From a virus: a stretch of DNA of 64,000 nt. The stretch lies in IMG/VR virus record IMGVR_UViG_3300042301_003932; one strand, written 5' to 3'. Positions 7,839 through 17,346 of the stretch are shown here, piece by piece. The notes under the pieces are model-generated. The model was given only the letters and a program-made list of their open reading frames with translations, made no database searches and was not told where the DNA came from. Every line of letters starts with the position of its first letter. Within the stretch, counting starts at the first letter, position 1. The position numbers and the translations under genes are program-made.

Positions 7839-9578
7839 CTAGTAATTTGATAAATTTTTTAATAATTCTATTCCAAGAGTTTTGTGTTTTCCTTGAAGTG
7901 GGATTTCAAAAACGTTATTACCTGGAAAATTATACGATTTTTCTGGTAACATTAGTTTAGTATGTCCCGTATCATCAATACCTAATAATGGGTATGGTAC
8001 GTTTTTCATAGTTATAGAATTACTTTCAATCATTGTACATTTTTCAGGGTGATCCCATTGTCCTCTATTATCAACAACACAATCTAATTTTTCCATTATA
8101 TAATCCCATTCACTCTCAGATAAAGTTTTACTACCTTTTATATGGTTTTTTAAAAGTGATTCAACACCTTTTTTATTACTTTCTTTAGATTCTTTTAGAT
8201 TAGTTGGTGATCCTATTTTTTTATTTAATATATCAACAAATGTTTTTTGAATGTCCTTTAATAGATCAACATATTTTCTATCACCTTCTTGTTTTTTACC
8301 ACTATATAAAAAATTAATACCTGATATATTTGTAATACATTTATGTCCTCCTGAATTAGCCCTTATAACATCTAACCCATTAACCGAAACTTTATCTAAT
8401 AACATTCTTTGTTTTTCACTTAAACTTCTATATAGTCTAGATGATATATTAGATAAAATATCTCTTAAACTACCATAATCGCCTTGTATTTTAAATGAAG
8501 GTGAATTTCCATATATTGCCATCATATCTTTAAATGTAAACCCAACAGATCCATATTCCGTTCCCATTTCAGATAATCTTTTTAGGGTACCAAATGTTAT
8601 TTTTTGTGAAGTTAATTCGCCCTTAAAAACATCTAAAACCTCATCTTTTATCTCACCTAAATCAACACCTTTTAAAGCTCTTTCTTTTTTATATGGGTTG
8701 CAAGAGGATTGAACCAACCCTTTAGGCCAAGCCATTACAATAAAATCAGCATCAGGATTATTTCTAAATGGTGTATACCTATCATAAGATCCCGACTTTA
8801 CCATTGATCCTCCTCCGTATTGAACAATCACATTACCTTGTACATCAATATTTTTATAATTTTTCATTTTAGAAACGTAGTCTTCTTGATTTTTTACTAA
8901 ATCATCTATATTCGCATAACCTTTTTCTTTTATAATCTTTTTAATCAAATTTAATATACTCAAAAGTGATGGTTTTGCTTCTAAAACAAGTTGCTCTAAA
9001 AATTTTGGTTTGTTTTTAAATGCTAATAGTAGTTTGTTTGTTACAAGCCCCATTAACATTTTATTTCTTTTCAATGATTCATTTTTATCATATTTGAAAA
9101 GATAATTCATTACCATTTCTGGCGTTATGTCATTTACTGCAAAATTTGCAGAATCAACTGTTGATATTAGGTGTATGTCTTCTGATGTAAATATTTCTTT
9201 TGGTGATATACTTTGTGAAATTGTTTCAACGTTTGATCTTGATGCTTTGAAGTTTGTTGCGGTGTCCTTTTCTACTCCCGCTTGACTGTCGTGATGGTCT
9301 GTATGAATAACAAACATTGGTTTCCCGTGTGCAAAATCAACTAATACTGGCATAACTTCACCACTACCTTCAGGTTTTTTTATTCCAAATTCTTTATCTC
9401 CGTATTGAATAATTTCAGCATCAACAACATTAATACCGTTTTGTTCAAGGTAGTTTTTCATTGCAATTGCCGTAGTAACTCCGTCTAAATCTTGGTGAAA
9501 GTATATTTTAGCTTTCTTGTATCTTTTTGCCAGTAAATTAATATCTCTAATTCCTGATTCTTTGATTAGTCTTTTCAT
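7839..9578 (-). CDS. DHH-family phosphoesterase with extra C-terminal domain
   Basis: HQDLDG, VDFAH, TDHH and SGGH motifs; C-terminal GQWDHP...ITMKNVPYPLLG domain. Confidence 0.8.
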   Translation of the reverse strand: MKRLIKESGIRDINLLAKRYKKAKIYFHQDLDGVTTAIAMKNYLEQNGINVVDAEIIQYGDKEFGIKKPEGSGEVMPVLVDFAHGKPMFVIHTDHHDSQAGVEKDTATNFKASRSNVETISQSISPKEIFTSEDIHLISTVDSANFAVNDITPEMVMNYLFKYDKNESLKRNKMLMGLVTNKLLLAFKNKPKFLEQLVLEAKPSLLSILNLIKKIIKEKGYANIDDLVKNQEDYVSKMKNYKNIDVQGNVIVQYGGGSMVKSGSYDRYTPFRNNPDADFIVMAWPKGLVQSSCNPYKKERALKGVDLGEIKDEVLDVFKGELTSQKITFGTLKRLSEMGTEYGSVGFTFKDMMAIYGNSPSFKIQGDYGSLRDILSNISSRLYRSLSEKQRMLLDKVSVNGLDVIRANSGGHKCITNISGINFLYSGKKQEGDRKYVDLLKDIQKTFVDILNKKIGSPTNLKESKESNKKGVESLLKNHIKGSKTLSESEWDYIMEKLDCVVDNRGQWDHPEKCTMIESNSITMKNVPYPLLGIDDTGHTKLMLPEKSYNFPGNNVFEIPLQGKHKTLGIELLKNLSNY

Positions 9579-9614
9579 ACTAAATAAATATGAAACAAAA
9601 CAAAAAAACCAACA

Positions 9615-10463
9615 TTACTGTTGGTCTTCTTTTATCTCTTCTAACTTTTGGAAGTATTCTACTCTCGTTTTTGCAATTTCAGTATAGTTTGGTGATAATT
9701 CTATTCCTAACCACCTTCGTCCGAGAACTTCAGCAGCAACTAAACTAGTACCACTACCGGTGAAAGGGTCTAATACAATGTCATTTTTATAGGACAATAT
9801 TTTAATAGCTTTAGTTGGTATGTCCATTGAAAAGGTTGCCTTGGTCAAAGACTTTGTATCTGCAAAATATTTCCATTGGGCAAATACTAGATCCATAAAC
9901 TCTTTTTTATCTTGTTCCTCATAGACCACTTTCTTTTTTATGGTTCCGTCTTCCTGTTCAATTTCAGTTGGTGTCCCCTTCCATTGTGGCTCCCCTTTAA
10001 CCTTTTTAATATGAAATTTTTTGTATGCAAGTATTACACACTCCTTTGGGTTATAGATATATGGTGATGATGGTGACATCCAAGAACCCCATGCAGTTGT
10101 TTTAAGTCTATGTGGGGCATCTTCTTCTAAATCAACTAAACCAAAAAATCCGTAACCAATTTCTTTCATCAACTGATACATCTCAGAAACAAATAAAATT
10201 CTCCCACCCTTTTTTTGTCTGTTAACTTCGTATGGTATATTTAATGCAATACGACCATCATCTTTTAATACTCTATAAGCCTCTGTAAGCCAGTTTCTAG
10301 CAAAAACAAGATAATCCTCAAACTCAACATCATCTTCATGTACGTCATACGCAATACCTACACCATAGGGTGGTGAGGTCACAATTAGGTCAATACAACC
10401 TTCAGGTAATGTTTTCATGACCTCAACGCAGTCACCATTTATAATCTTGTTTGTCTCTATCAT
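9615..10463 (-). CDS. DNA methyltransferase, N4-C/N6-A beta class
   Basis: TSPPY catalytic motif N-terminal, DPFTGSGT SAM-binding motif C-terminal. Confidence 0.92.
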   Translation of the reverse strand: MIETNKIINGDCVEVMKTLPEGCIDLIVTSPPYGVGIAYDVHEDDVEFEDYLVFARNWLTEAYRVLKDDGRIALNIPYEVNRQKKGGRILFVSEMYQLMKEIGYGFFGLVDLEEDAPHRLKTTAWGSWMSPSSPYIYNPKECVILAYKKFHIKKVKGEPQWKGTPTEIEQEDGTIKKKVVYEEQDKKEFMDLVFAQWKYFADTKSLTKATFSMDIPTKAIKILSYKNDIVLDPFTGSGTSLVAAEVLGRRWLGIELSPNYTEIAKTRVEYFQKLEEIKEDQQ

Positions 10464-11110
10464 TTTTGTAATTTAATTTTATTATCTAACAAGTTTTGAT
10501 TTATCAATAACATATCAGGACTAACTTTTATCATAAGAGCCATATTACTTTTAGACCTAATTGAATTTATGTTTTCAAATGTGTCTATTTTAGATGCAAA
10601 TCTTGTTATTGAAGTATAGGTACCTGTTTTTAACTTATCAATATCCTTATCACCAAACTTTCTAATATCATCTAAATAAAGTACCGGTGTCTTTCTAATT
10701 AAGGTTTTACCCTTGTAACATACCCAATCATAGTCGTACTCATTTGTTTGATATAACTTTGATACTGAACTTTTTAATGCTCTTTCTAATATTTCCACGT
10801 TTTTAAAATCACACTGAAGTCTTACAATATAGTTTTCATAATCTTCTGTGATAGTAACATTTGTGATACCTTCTTGTTCTTGTAATGTTTTTTTAAAAAA
10901 ACTAATTTTTTGTTTTATTTCAGATATTTCAGGAACTTTTTCACCATATAAACTATCAAGAGCAAGTATTGCTGAGGTTTTGGTTTTACTTTGACTAAGG
11001 TTAATTGAATGCTTAAAAGTTCCTGATCCGTCGGAGTTTAATTTTAAATCTTCAATTATTTCAATACAGGAAGTTAATAACAATATTAACAAAAAATAAA
11101 AATATTTCAT
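10460..11110 (-). CDS. Putative lipoprotein
   Basis: Signal peptide with lipobox LLTSC. Confidence 0.7.
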   Translation of the reverse strand: MKYFYFLLILLLTSCIEIIEDLKLNSDGSGTFKHSINLSQSKTKTSAILALDSLYGEKVPEISEIKQKISFFKKTLQEQEGITNVTITEDYENYIVRLQCDFKNVEILERALKSSVSKLYQTNEYDYDWVCYKGKTLIRKTPVLYLDDIRKFGDKDIDKLKTGTYTSITRFASKIDTFENINSIRSKSNMALMIKVSPDMLLINQNLLDNKIKLQK

Positions 11111-11328
11111 TTTTTCTCTAATGTATCAATATGATGTTGTAAATACCACAACGCCTTTTTTAGGTCCTCCAACTCCTTTTCTTTATTTTTTTTACCGGCT
11201 CTTGAAATATACTTTACAGTATTTCCTAAACTAAATCCAAGATCCCAAGCATCAATGACTTTGATTGCTTCATAAATGTTATCTTCACCTCCATAATGTT
11301 GGGGGTGATTTACTTGTTCATTACTCAT
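11107..11328 (-). CDS. DUF3310 (SaV-like) protein
   Basis: VNHPQHY...GNTVKYISRAGKK...EDLKKALWYL. Confidence 0.88.
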   Translation of the reverse strand: MSNEQVNHPQHYGGEDNIYEAIKVIDAWDLGFSLGNTVKYISRAGKKNKEKELEDLKKALWYLQHHIDTLEKK

Positions 11329-11515
11329 AAATTCCCAATTGGATTAAATAACCTCTCACTTTTTTTCCAAGCTCCATATCATTTGGGTTTTCTCTAACCA
11401 AATTGATTATATGTTGTGGGTCAACATTAATTTTTTTCTTTTGAACTGATGGGTGTTTATACCCAAACTCTTTTTCTTGTCTTAACTCGTTTAATGATCT
11501 TTGTTTTACTACCAT
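11321..11515 (-). CDS. Hypothetical protein
   Basis: PNDMELGKKVR motif; overlaps next gene by 8 nt. Confidence 0.7.
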   Translation of the reverse strand: MVVKQRSLNELRQEKEFGYKHPSVQKKKINVDPQHIINLVRENPNDMELGKKVRGYLIQLGIYE

Positions 11516-11541
11516 GACTTTTTTATTTCAATAATATAAAA

Positions 11542-12291
11542 CTAAATTTTATTTGTCAAATTTTTGTGTTTAATAATTTTTGATTGGATCATGTAGTTCA
11601 TTATTTTCCTTTTTGCAATAGGAATCAATGTTTCTTTGAGTGGGTAATTATTATTGTGGTTAATAGTGAATACTATCAATTTACTATGAACCTTTGGGTC
11701 CTGTAAATTTTTAATTAGTGGTTTTTTTACCTCTTTTAATTTTTCATCAAAATCTCCTTTTAGACATTCACATATTCTTTTTATATGACATTTTGTTTCT
11801 AAGTTTCCTTTCTTAATTGGTTTTATAATAAACTCATATAGATAAGTCTTACTACCATAATCTAAAAAGAAAAGACCTTGTTTTGGTTCAATGTTTTTTG
11901 GGTTTTGTACCGGGTCAATTGAAACTGTGTCATTTACAATATCCCAAATTGCCTTTGCATGGTTAAAGTAATCAGTCAGTTTTGTTGATGAGTATTTACA
12001 TATGTGGTATACATCAAGTATCTCTTCTTTTGTTAGTAAGGGACAATCAACAGGTATTAAATCTGAAATTAATATTTCATCATCAGGATCTTTGAGTGTT
12101 CTATTAAGTGTAAGTATTTGACCTTTTTCAATTAAAAGATTGATACTTGCAAGATGTAATGATATTTCTTGAAACTGTGGATATAGTTTAAAACTATTTA
12201 AGTTTTTATCTAATTTTTGTAAATAACCTAAAAGTACCAATTGTTTGTGTTCTAAATCAATCGGGTCTTGAAATAACCAGTCAGTTTTCAT
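11542..12291 (-). CDS. Hypothetical protein
   Basis: 249-aa ORF. Confidence 0.8.
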   Translation of the reverse strand: MKTDWLFQDPIDLEHKQLVLLGYLQKLDKNLNSFKLYPQFQEISLHLASINLLIEKGQILTLNRTLKDPDDEILISDLIPVDCPLLTKEEILDVYHICKYSSTKLTDYFNHAKAIWDIVNDTVSIDPVQNPKNIEPKQGLFFLDYGSKTYLYEFIIKPIKKGNLETKCHIKRICECLKGDFDEKLKEVKKPLIKNLQDPKVHSKLIVFTINHNNNYPLKETLIPIAKRKIMNYMIQSKIIKHKNLTNKI

Positions 12292-12329
12292 TAATAAATT
12301 ATAGTAAAAGAATTTGTAGGTGTAAATTA

Positions 12330-13511
12330 TTAATTATATCTCATAACATAATAATCATTCCCATTGACGGTGTATTCATTTTCTGTTCCGTCATAACTGT
12401 TTAAAACACTTCCATACCCATCAGATCTAATTACGTAGTCAATGGCGGCATCCACATCCACAAAATCTAAAAGATCTTGGTTATCATACCCTCTATTTTT
12501 TAATTCATTAAAGATATCATCTTTATTATCATCAACCATACCTTCTATGGTATCTTCAATTTCTTGTTCATTATAGTCACCTTCTGGATTTTCATTAATG
12601 TCATCTATTAGTTGTTGGTAGTCGTAAATATCACTTTCAATTTCTTCTTGTTCTTCATCGGTTAATCCACCATCTTCAAGTTTTTGATTTAATCTATCAA
12701 TATTTGCTTGGTGGATTTCTAAATACCTTTTTTGTTGATCTGTTAATTCTTTATTTATATTCCAATCTTCAGGGGCTTGTCTAACGTATTCACTATAATC
12801 ATCATACAAATAACGTCTAACATAATCTTCATCAATATGATTTTCCCAAACCCATTCTCTAAATGTATCAAAACCTGATTCCTCAATTTGTGATTCTAAC
12901 TGTTCTTTTGCCGCATCATATATTTTATCACCTTCATAAACAACATATTCACTTTCAAAGTTTTTTGATCCTAACCACAAATAAACACTTGAATTACCAT
13001 AATGATTATAATTCTCTTTAAATAAAAAATACTTATCTTCGCCTTCTTCTACGTTTCCACTTTCTTTTAGGTATTCAAAAATTGCTTCAGTTTCATTTGA
13101 TTCTTTGTCATCATTTTCAACATTCCAATAATCATCCTGTCTTAATACGTCTTGATGTGCAAGTCTTTGTTTATGGATTTTTAATTTTTCTAATCTTTGC
13201 ATTTCAGATCCCCAATAATCAAATCTACCTCTTACTTTATTTTTATCAAAATAAGAAACAGAACTATAACTGATATCTAAATCTCCTTCTACTAAATCAA
13301 CACTATCTATATTTGTCACATTTTTATTCCCTCTAAGATCTAATTCACCTGTAATTCTAATTTTTTTACCGGCATAGTCAGGAAGTCTTTTAATAAATGA
13401 ACCATCACCATTAACATAATCTAAAAGTTCTTTATACTCTTCAGGACTAACATCAACCCACTCTTCGGTTTCTTCTTTTATTATTTTTTTAATTAAGGAA
13501 TTTAAACTCAT
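12330..13511 (-). CDS. Acidic hypothetical protein
   Basis: 393 aa; LIKKIIKEE leader; TATTTAT 5 nt before ATG. Confidence 0.8.
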   Translation of the reverse strand: MSLNSLIKKIIKEETEEWVDVSPEEYKELLDYVNGDGSFIKRLPDYAGKKIRITGELDLRGNKNVTNIDSVDLVEGDLDISYSSVSYFDKNKVRGRFDYWGSEMQRLEKLKIHKQRLAHQDVLRQDDYWNVENDDKESNETEAIFEYLKESGNVEEGEDKYFLFKENYNHYGNSSVYLWLGSKNFESEYVVYEGDKIYDAAKEQLESQIEESGFDTFREWVWENHIDEDYVRRYLYDDYSEYVRQAPEDWNINKELTDQQKRYLEIHQANIDRLNQKLEDGGLTDEEQEEIESDIYDYQQLIDDINENPEGDYNEQEIEDTIEGMVDDNKDDIFNELKNRGYDNQDLLDFVDVDAAIDYVIRSDGYGSVLNSYDGTENEYTVNGNDYYVMRYN

Positions 13512-13597
13512 ATTTTATAAATAGTTTATGTTTACAAATGAATATTCATAGTTTATAAATATTTATATATAAAATAAACCTCTAAAAAATTTTAGTC

Positions 13598-13732
13598 ATG
13601 GGATGCGGTTGCAAAAATAAAAACAATGGTCAACAGGCACAACAACCTGTTCAAACACAACAACAATCTAATAACAATACTGTTAAGGAAGCGGTACAGA
13701 AAATTGTAGAAAAGTATTACAATAAGAAATAA
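13598..13732 (+). CDS. Small protein, 44 aa (MGCGCKNKNNGQQAQQPVQTQQQSNNNTVKEAVQKIVEKYYNKK)
   Basis: Manually translated; plus-strand TATTTAT ~30 nt upstream. Confidence 0.65.
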   Translation: MGCGCKNKNNGQQAQQPVQTQQQSNNNTVKEAVQKIVEKYYNKK

Positions 13733-13799
13733 AAAACTATTTAGTCATATATTAATTTTTTATAACATTAATTAAAAATAAAAAGTTAAAAAAATTAAT

Positions 13800-14666
13800 A
13801 TGATTGAAGTTTCAAGTTTTTTATCAGGTAAAAATCTATGTAATATTTTCGCGGACCTTATTGTTAAAGAAATTAATAAAGTATCTCCTGATGCCATAAC
13901 AGAAATAAAAGTTATAAACGTCAGGAGTTTTTTTATTGTTAAAGGTTTTACATCATCTGAAAAAATAGTAAATGTTTCAGATATTTTATCTGACTTATAT
14001 CAAGGTTATGATGAAAATTTAGTAAAAACCGTTAGGGTAATTGATGTGATCATTTATAACAAAAAAATAGATAGAAAGTTAAATATTAATGTTCAAAATA
14101 GTAATCAAACAAAAAAAATTAAAGATGATTTACTCGTAATATGTAACAAATTACAAAAAGAAGGGTTTTATTTAAATTTAAAAGTTCATGATAAAAATTT
14201 ATTTTATGATTTTGAACATAATGTAGAATATGACCATGATTATATTTCTTCTAACTTCAAAGATTACAATTGTGTAAAGGATGATTTTTCAAATGATGTT
14301 TATATTTCTGATTTAGTTTATGGTCTATCAGATAATGGTGAAAAATATTATCATTTTTTATTAAATAAAATTTCATTTAACCTATTAAATAGAGGGTTTT
14401 CAAGTGACTTAAACCTTTTAATCACATCTGAAAATGGTGTGGATGATATTGATTCTGAAAACATTAATCTTTCGGTCATTAATAAAACAACAATTAGTAA
14501 AGAAAAACTTGAAAGTCTAATTTTAGATAATTTTAGTTTTAAACTATCAGACATTAAAAATGAATTTGATTTATCTGAATTTAATTTACTATCTTATTTG
14601 TCTGAAGTTAACTACGTCCCAAGTTGGGAAAATTATCAAGGTACGGGGGATTTAATGTTCTTATAG
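13800..14666 (+). CDS. Highly diverged S-adenosylmethionine synthetase (MetK)-like protein, probably inactive
   Basis: N- and C-terminal segments align by eye with MetK, but GHPDK and GGGAFSGKD are missing. Confidence 0.5.
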   Translation: MIEVSSFLSGKNLCNIFADLIVKEINKVSPDAITEIKVINVRSFFIVKGFTSSEKIVNVSDILSDLYQGYDENLVKTVRVIDVIIYNKKIDRKLNINVQNSNQTKKIKDDLLVICNKLQKEGFYLNLKVHDKNLFYDFEHNVEYDHDYISSNFKDYNCVKDDFSNDVYISDLVYGLSDNGEKYYHFLLNKISFNLLNRGFSSDLNLLITSENGVDDIDSENINLSVINKTTISKEKLESLILDNFSFKLSDIKNEFDLSEFNLLSYLSEVNYVPSWENYQGTGDLMFL

Positions 14667-14945
14667 AACATATCCCTTTACTAACTCAACACCTTCAAAT
14701 ATATCTTGAAAATCTCTTTCGGGTGCAAGTAATTGGATGTTACTTGTATTATCTTTTTCATCTAACGTTAATAGCATTAATGCAGGTACGTACTCATTTT
14801 CCGTTAATTTAGTAAATTCATCGTATTCTTCTTCAAAATCATCAATGTCTCTTTCTATAAACGGTATGTTTTCTTTTTCTAATTCTTCTTTAATCATTGT
14901 ACAGAATGGACAACCCTTCATCGTATATACTACAGTTACTTTCAT
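14661..14945 (-). CDS. Glutaredoxin (NrdH-like)
   Basis: VYTMKGCPFC active site; YVP cis-Pro motif. Confidence 0.88.
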   Translation of the reverse strand: MKVTVVYTMKGCPFCTMIKEELEKENIPFIERDIDDFEEEYDEFTKLTENEYVPALMLLTLDEKDNTSNIQLLAPERDFQDIFEGVELVKGYVL

Positions 14946-14946
14946 T

Positions 14947-15291
14947 TTAATCTATTGTAAAATATTTATTTAATCCTTTTAATAAAAAAATTAAATTATC
15001 ACTATCTTTAAGTAAATATAACACGTTTAAATTATATATGTTTTCGTGGTCGACTTTTTTAAAATACAAAAAAATATCAGTTTTTCCGTATTTTATTAAA
15101 CCTTCTTTTAAAATAATATTAACACCATCATAATCAGAGTATAACCAAATAGATTCATTTTTTTCTTTTAGTAAATTAAACCCATCTTTAACAATATTTT
15201 TTGTTTTTATTATTGATGGATATATTTTATTTTTTGTTAAAAAAATATCTATAATATTATTAGGTATTAAGTTTTTATTATCTTTTTCCAT
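14947..15291 (-). CDS. Hypothetical protein
   Basis: ORF in tight operon. Confidence 0.65.
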   Translation of the reverse strand: MEKDNKNLIPNNIIDIFLTKNKIYPSIIKTKNIVKDGFNLLKEKNESIWLYSDYDGVNIILKEGLIKYGKTDIFLYFKKVDHENIYNLNVLYLLKDSDNLIFLLKGLNKYFTID

Positions 15292-15293
15292 GT

Positions 15294-16991
15294 TTAAGGT
15301 AGATCCATAAATAGTTCTTCAAAATAATTATAATCGTTATTATCAATAATAACTTTCTCATTTACTTCATTAACCCATATTGGGTATATATCGTAAATAG
15401 GTTTTGTTTCATCAAATTCTTTAAATTTTGCAAAAGTCCTTGTTGTTTTACCATTTTTATATTTTTTAACCATAATGGGTAATTTTATAAATTCTTTTCT
15501 AAAAAGGTGATCAACTCGTCTATCTAACTCATCAACAGGTATAATCCATTCATCTAAAAGTGGCATGTTATACTTACCTAAAGTTTGTGATCTTCTTAAC
15601 CCGTCTCTTGTAAATTGGTATTCTATTGTTGCTCTTTCAATTCCATCTTTATCTCCCTTTCTTAATGAAACGATAAAACAGTATGGTTTTTCAGAGTATG
15701 TCCTTACACAGTTGTGCTGGTGAATTGATTCTCCTTGGTATTGTTCTGTGGTTTTAAAAAGTATTGGAAAGTATGTATTGTCGTGGGTAAATATTGGGTC
15801 TTCAACTAAAACCGAATCTTCTCCATAAAATCTTGTGATGTGACCATTACTATAAGAATCAATAAGTGTTGCCCATTCAGAGTGTTCATTATTAAATTCA
15901 TCTCTATTTTTGGCCAATAATTTAACATTTTCACCATAATTTTCTAATTTAATTTTAAATCTGAGATGGTCTATCAAAGAATTCATAAAATATTGTGATG
16001 ATGTATCATTTAAAACACTTACAATATTTTCTTTTTCTTTTTTTGTTAAAAAAAGATCTGCTGGTATTCCTTCATAAATGGGATTATAATCTGAATAAAT
16101 TTTTTCAGTTATAAAAACTTCATCTTTAATTTTATTAAATAAGTCTTGTCCTAAAAAATGGTATAATTGAACAACACCATTAAGGTCAATATTATCATAT
16201 CTATTAAGTAGTGATTTTATTTTTCTACCTTTTAAATTGTATTTTTTCATTAACCATGTAACCAAGTTTGCGTCGTGTTTTCTAACATCTTTAAATGGTG
16301 CAAACATTTCAGAAAACTTTAAAAATGCGTTTGGGTATTTGATTTTTCCGTTTTGAAGAATAATTTCATAATACTTCTCCTTTGGTTTTTTATTTGATTC
16401 AATATTAAGACCTAATTTTTCAATAATTCTATTTAAAAAAATGTTAAAAACAGTATCACTATTCCCTTCGGTATACCGTTGGGACAGTGGCGAATAAACA
16501 AACGTGTTAAATAAATTTGTTATATTTATTTTACATTTGAACCCTATTTTTTGTTTTCTTTTAAATGCTGCTTCCCCAGTATAAAATAACTTTCTCTTAT
16601 AATTAAATGTTAGATAATAAATTGTTTTTCTTGTCTTGAAATACCTTTTACCGACTTCTCTATTGTTTCTGTAATTAAAAACTTTTAATGCAATCTTATC
16701 ATCATTTTCTTCAATAACATATAAATTTCTATTTAAATAACAACTAGTTAATAAATTGGAGTAGTTTTTTAAATATACTTCCTCACCATGCTCACAACCA
16801 TCTCTTCCATGTTTACATGTGAAATTACCAACATAGGACTTATGTGGGTTAATTGGTACATAATGCCGACGTGTAGTTATTTTAAAAGGATCTTCATCTT
16901 CACCTTCTACATTTATTGAATTAAAATCTTCATAAAAGTAAGTTTCGTATAGTTTAACCTCTTCTTTAAAAAGGACTGTCATATCTGACAT
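15294..16991 (-). CDS. PcfJ-like domain protein
   Basis: C-terminal ESIHQHNCVRTY...RATIEY...QTLGKYN. Confidence 0.7.
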   Translation of the reverse strand: MSDMTVLFKEEVKLYETYFYEDFNSINVEGEDEDPFKITTRRHYVPINPHKSYVGNFTCKHGRDGCEHGEEVYLKNYSNLLTSCYLNRNLYVIEENDDKIALKVFNYRNNREVGKRYFKTRKTIYYLTFNYKRKLFYTGEAAFKRKQKIGFKCKINITNLFNTFVYSPLSQRYTEGNSDTVFNIFLNRIIEKLGLNIESNKKPKEKYYEIILQNGKIKYPNAFLKFSEMFAPFKDVRKHDANLVTWLMKKYNLKGRKIKSLLNRYDNIDLNGVVQLYHFLGQDLFNKIKDEVFITEKIYSDYNPIYEGIPADLFLTKKEKENIVSVLNDTSSQYFMNSLIDHLRFKIKLENYGENVKLLAKNRDEFNNEHSEWATLIDSYSNGHITRFYGEDSVLVEDPIFTHDNTYFPILFKTTEQYQGESIHQHNCVRTYSEKPYCFIVSLRKGDKDGIERATIEYQFTRDGLRRSQTLGKYNMPLLDEWIIPVDELDRRVDHLFRKEFIKLPIMVKKYKNGKTTRTFAKFKEFDETKPIYDIYPIWVNEVNEKVIIDNNDYNYFEELFMDLP

Positions 16992-17012
16992 AAAAAAATT
17001 ATTTAAGTGTTA

Positions 17013-17294
17013 CTAATTCATACAAATTAAACCCATGTGATGTTGCATATGTGGCATTACTTTATCTACACCTTTTTTGTCACCATTGAGTTTTACTATT
17101 AAATCTATAAGTTGTTTTCTTGTTGGTTCTAATGGTTTTTCGTCGTCTTCTGAATTAAATTCAACTATTTTTTTAACACCATTAAAAAACTTTTTGGGGT
17201 CTATATCACCTATAAGTTGTCTTAACTGATCGGGGTTCTTATCAAAAAACCCCTTAAAGTTTGTCATATATATTTCAATATCTAAATTTCCCAT
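17013..17294 (-). CDS. Hypothetical protein
   Basis: 93-aa ORF; TATCTTTG upstream. Confidence 0.75.
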   Translation of the reverse strand: MGNLDIEIYMTNFKGFFDKNPDQLRQLIGDIDPKKFFNGVKKIVEFNSEDDEKPLEPTRKQLIDLIVKLNGDKKGVDKVMPHMQHHMGLICMN

Positions 17295-17346
17295 AACTTT
17301 ATTTTTTATTCAATAAACAAAGATAAGAAATTTATTTGAGACTTTT

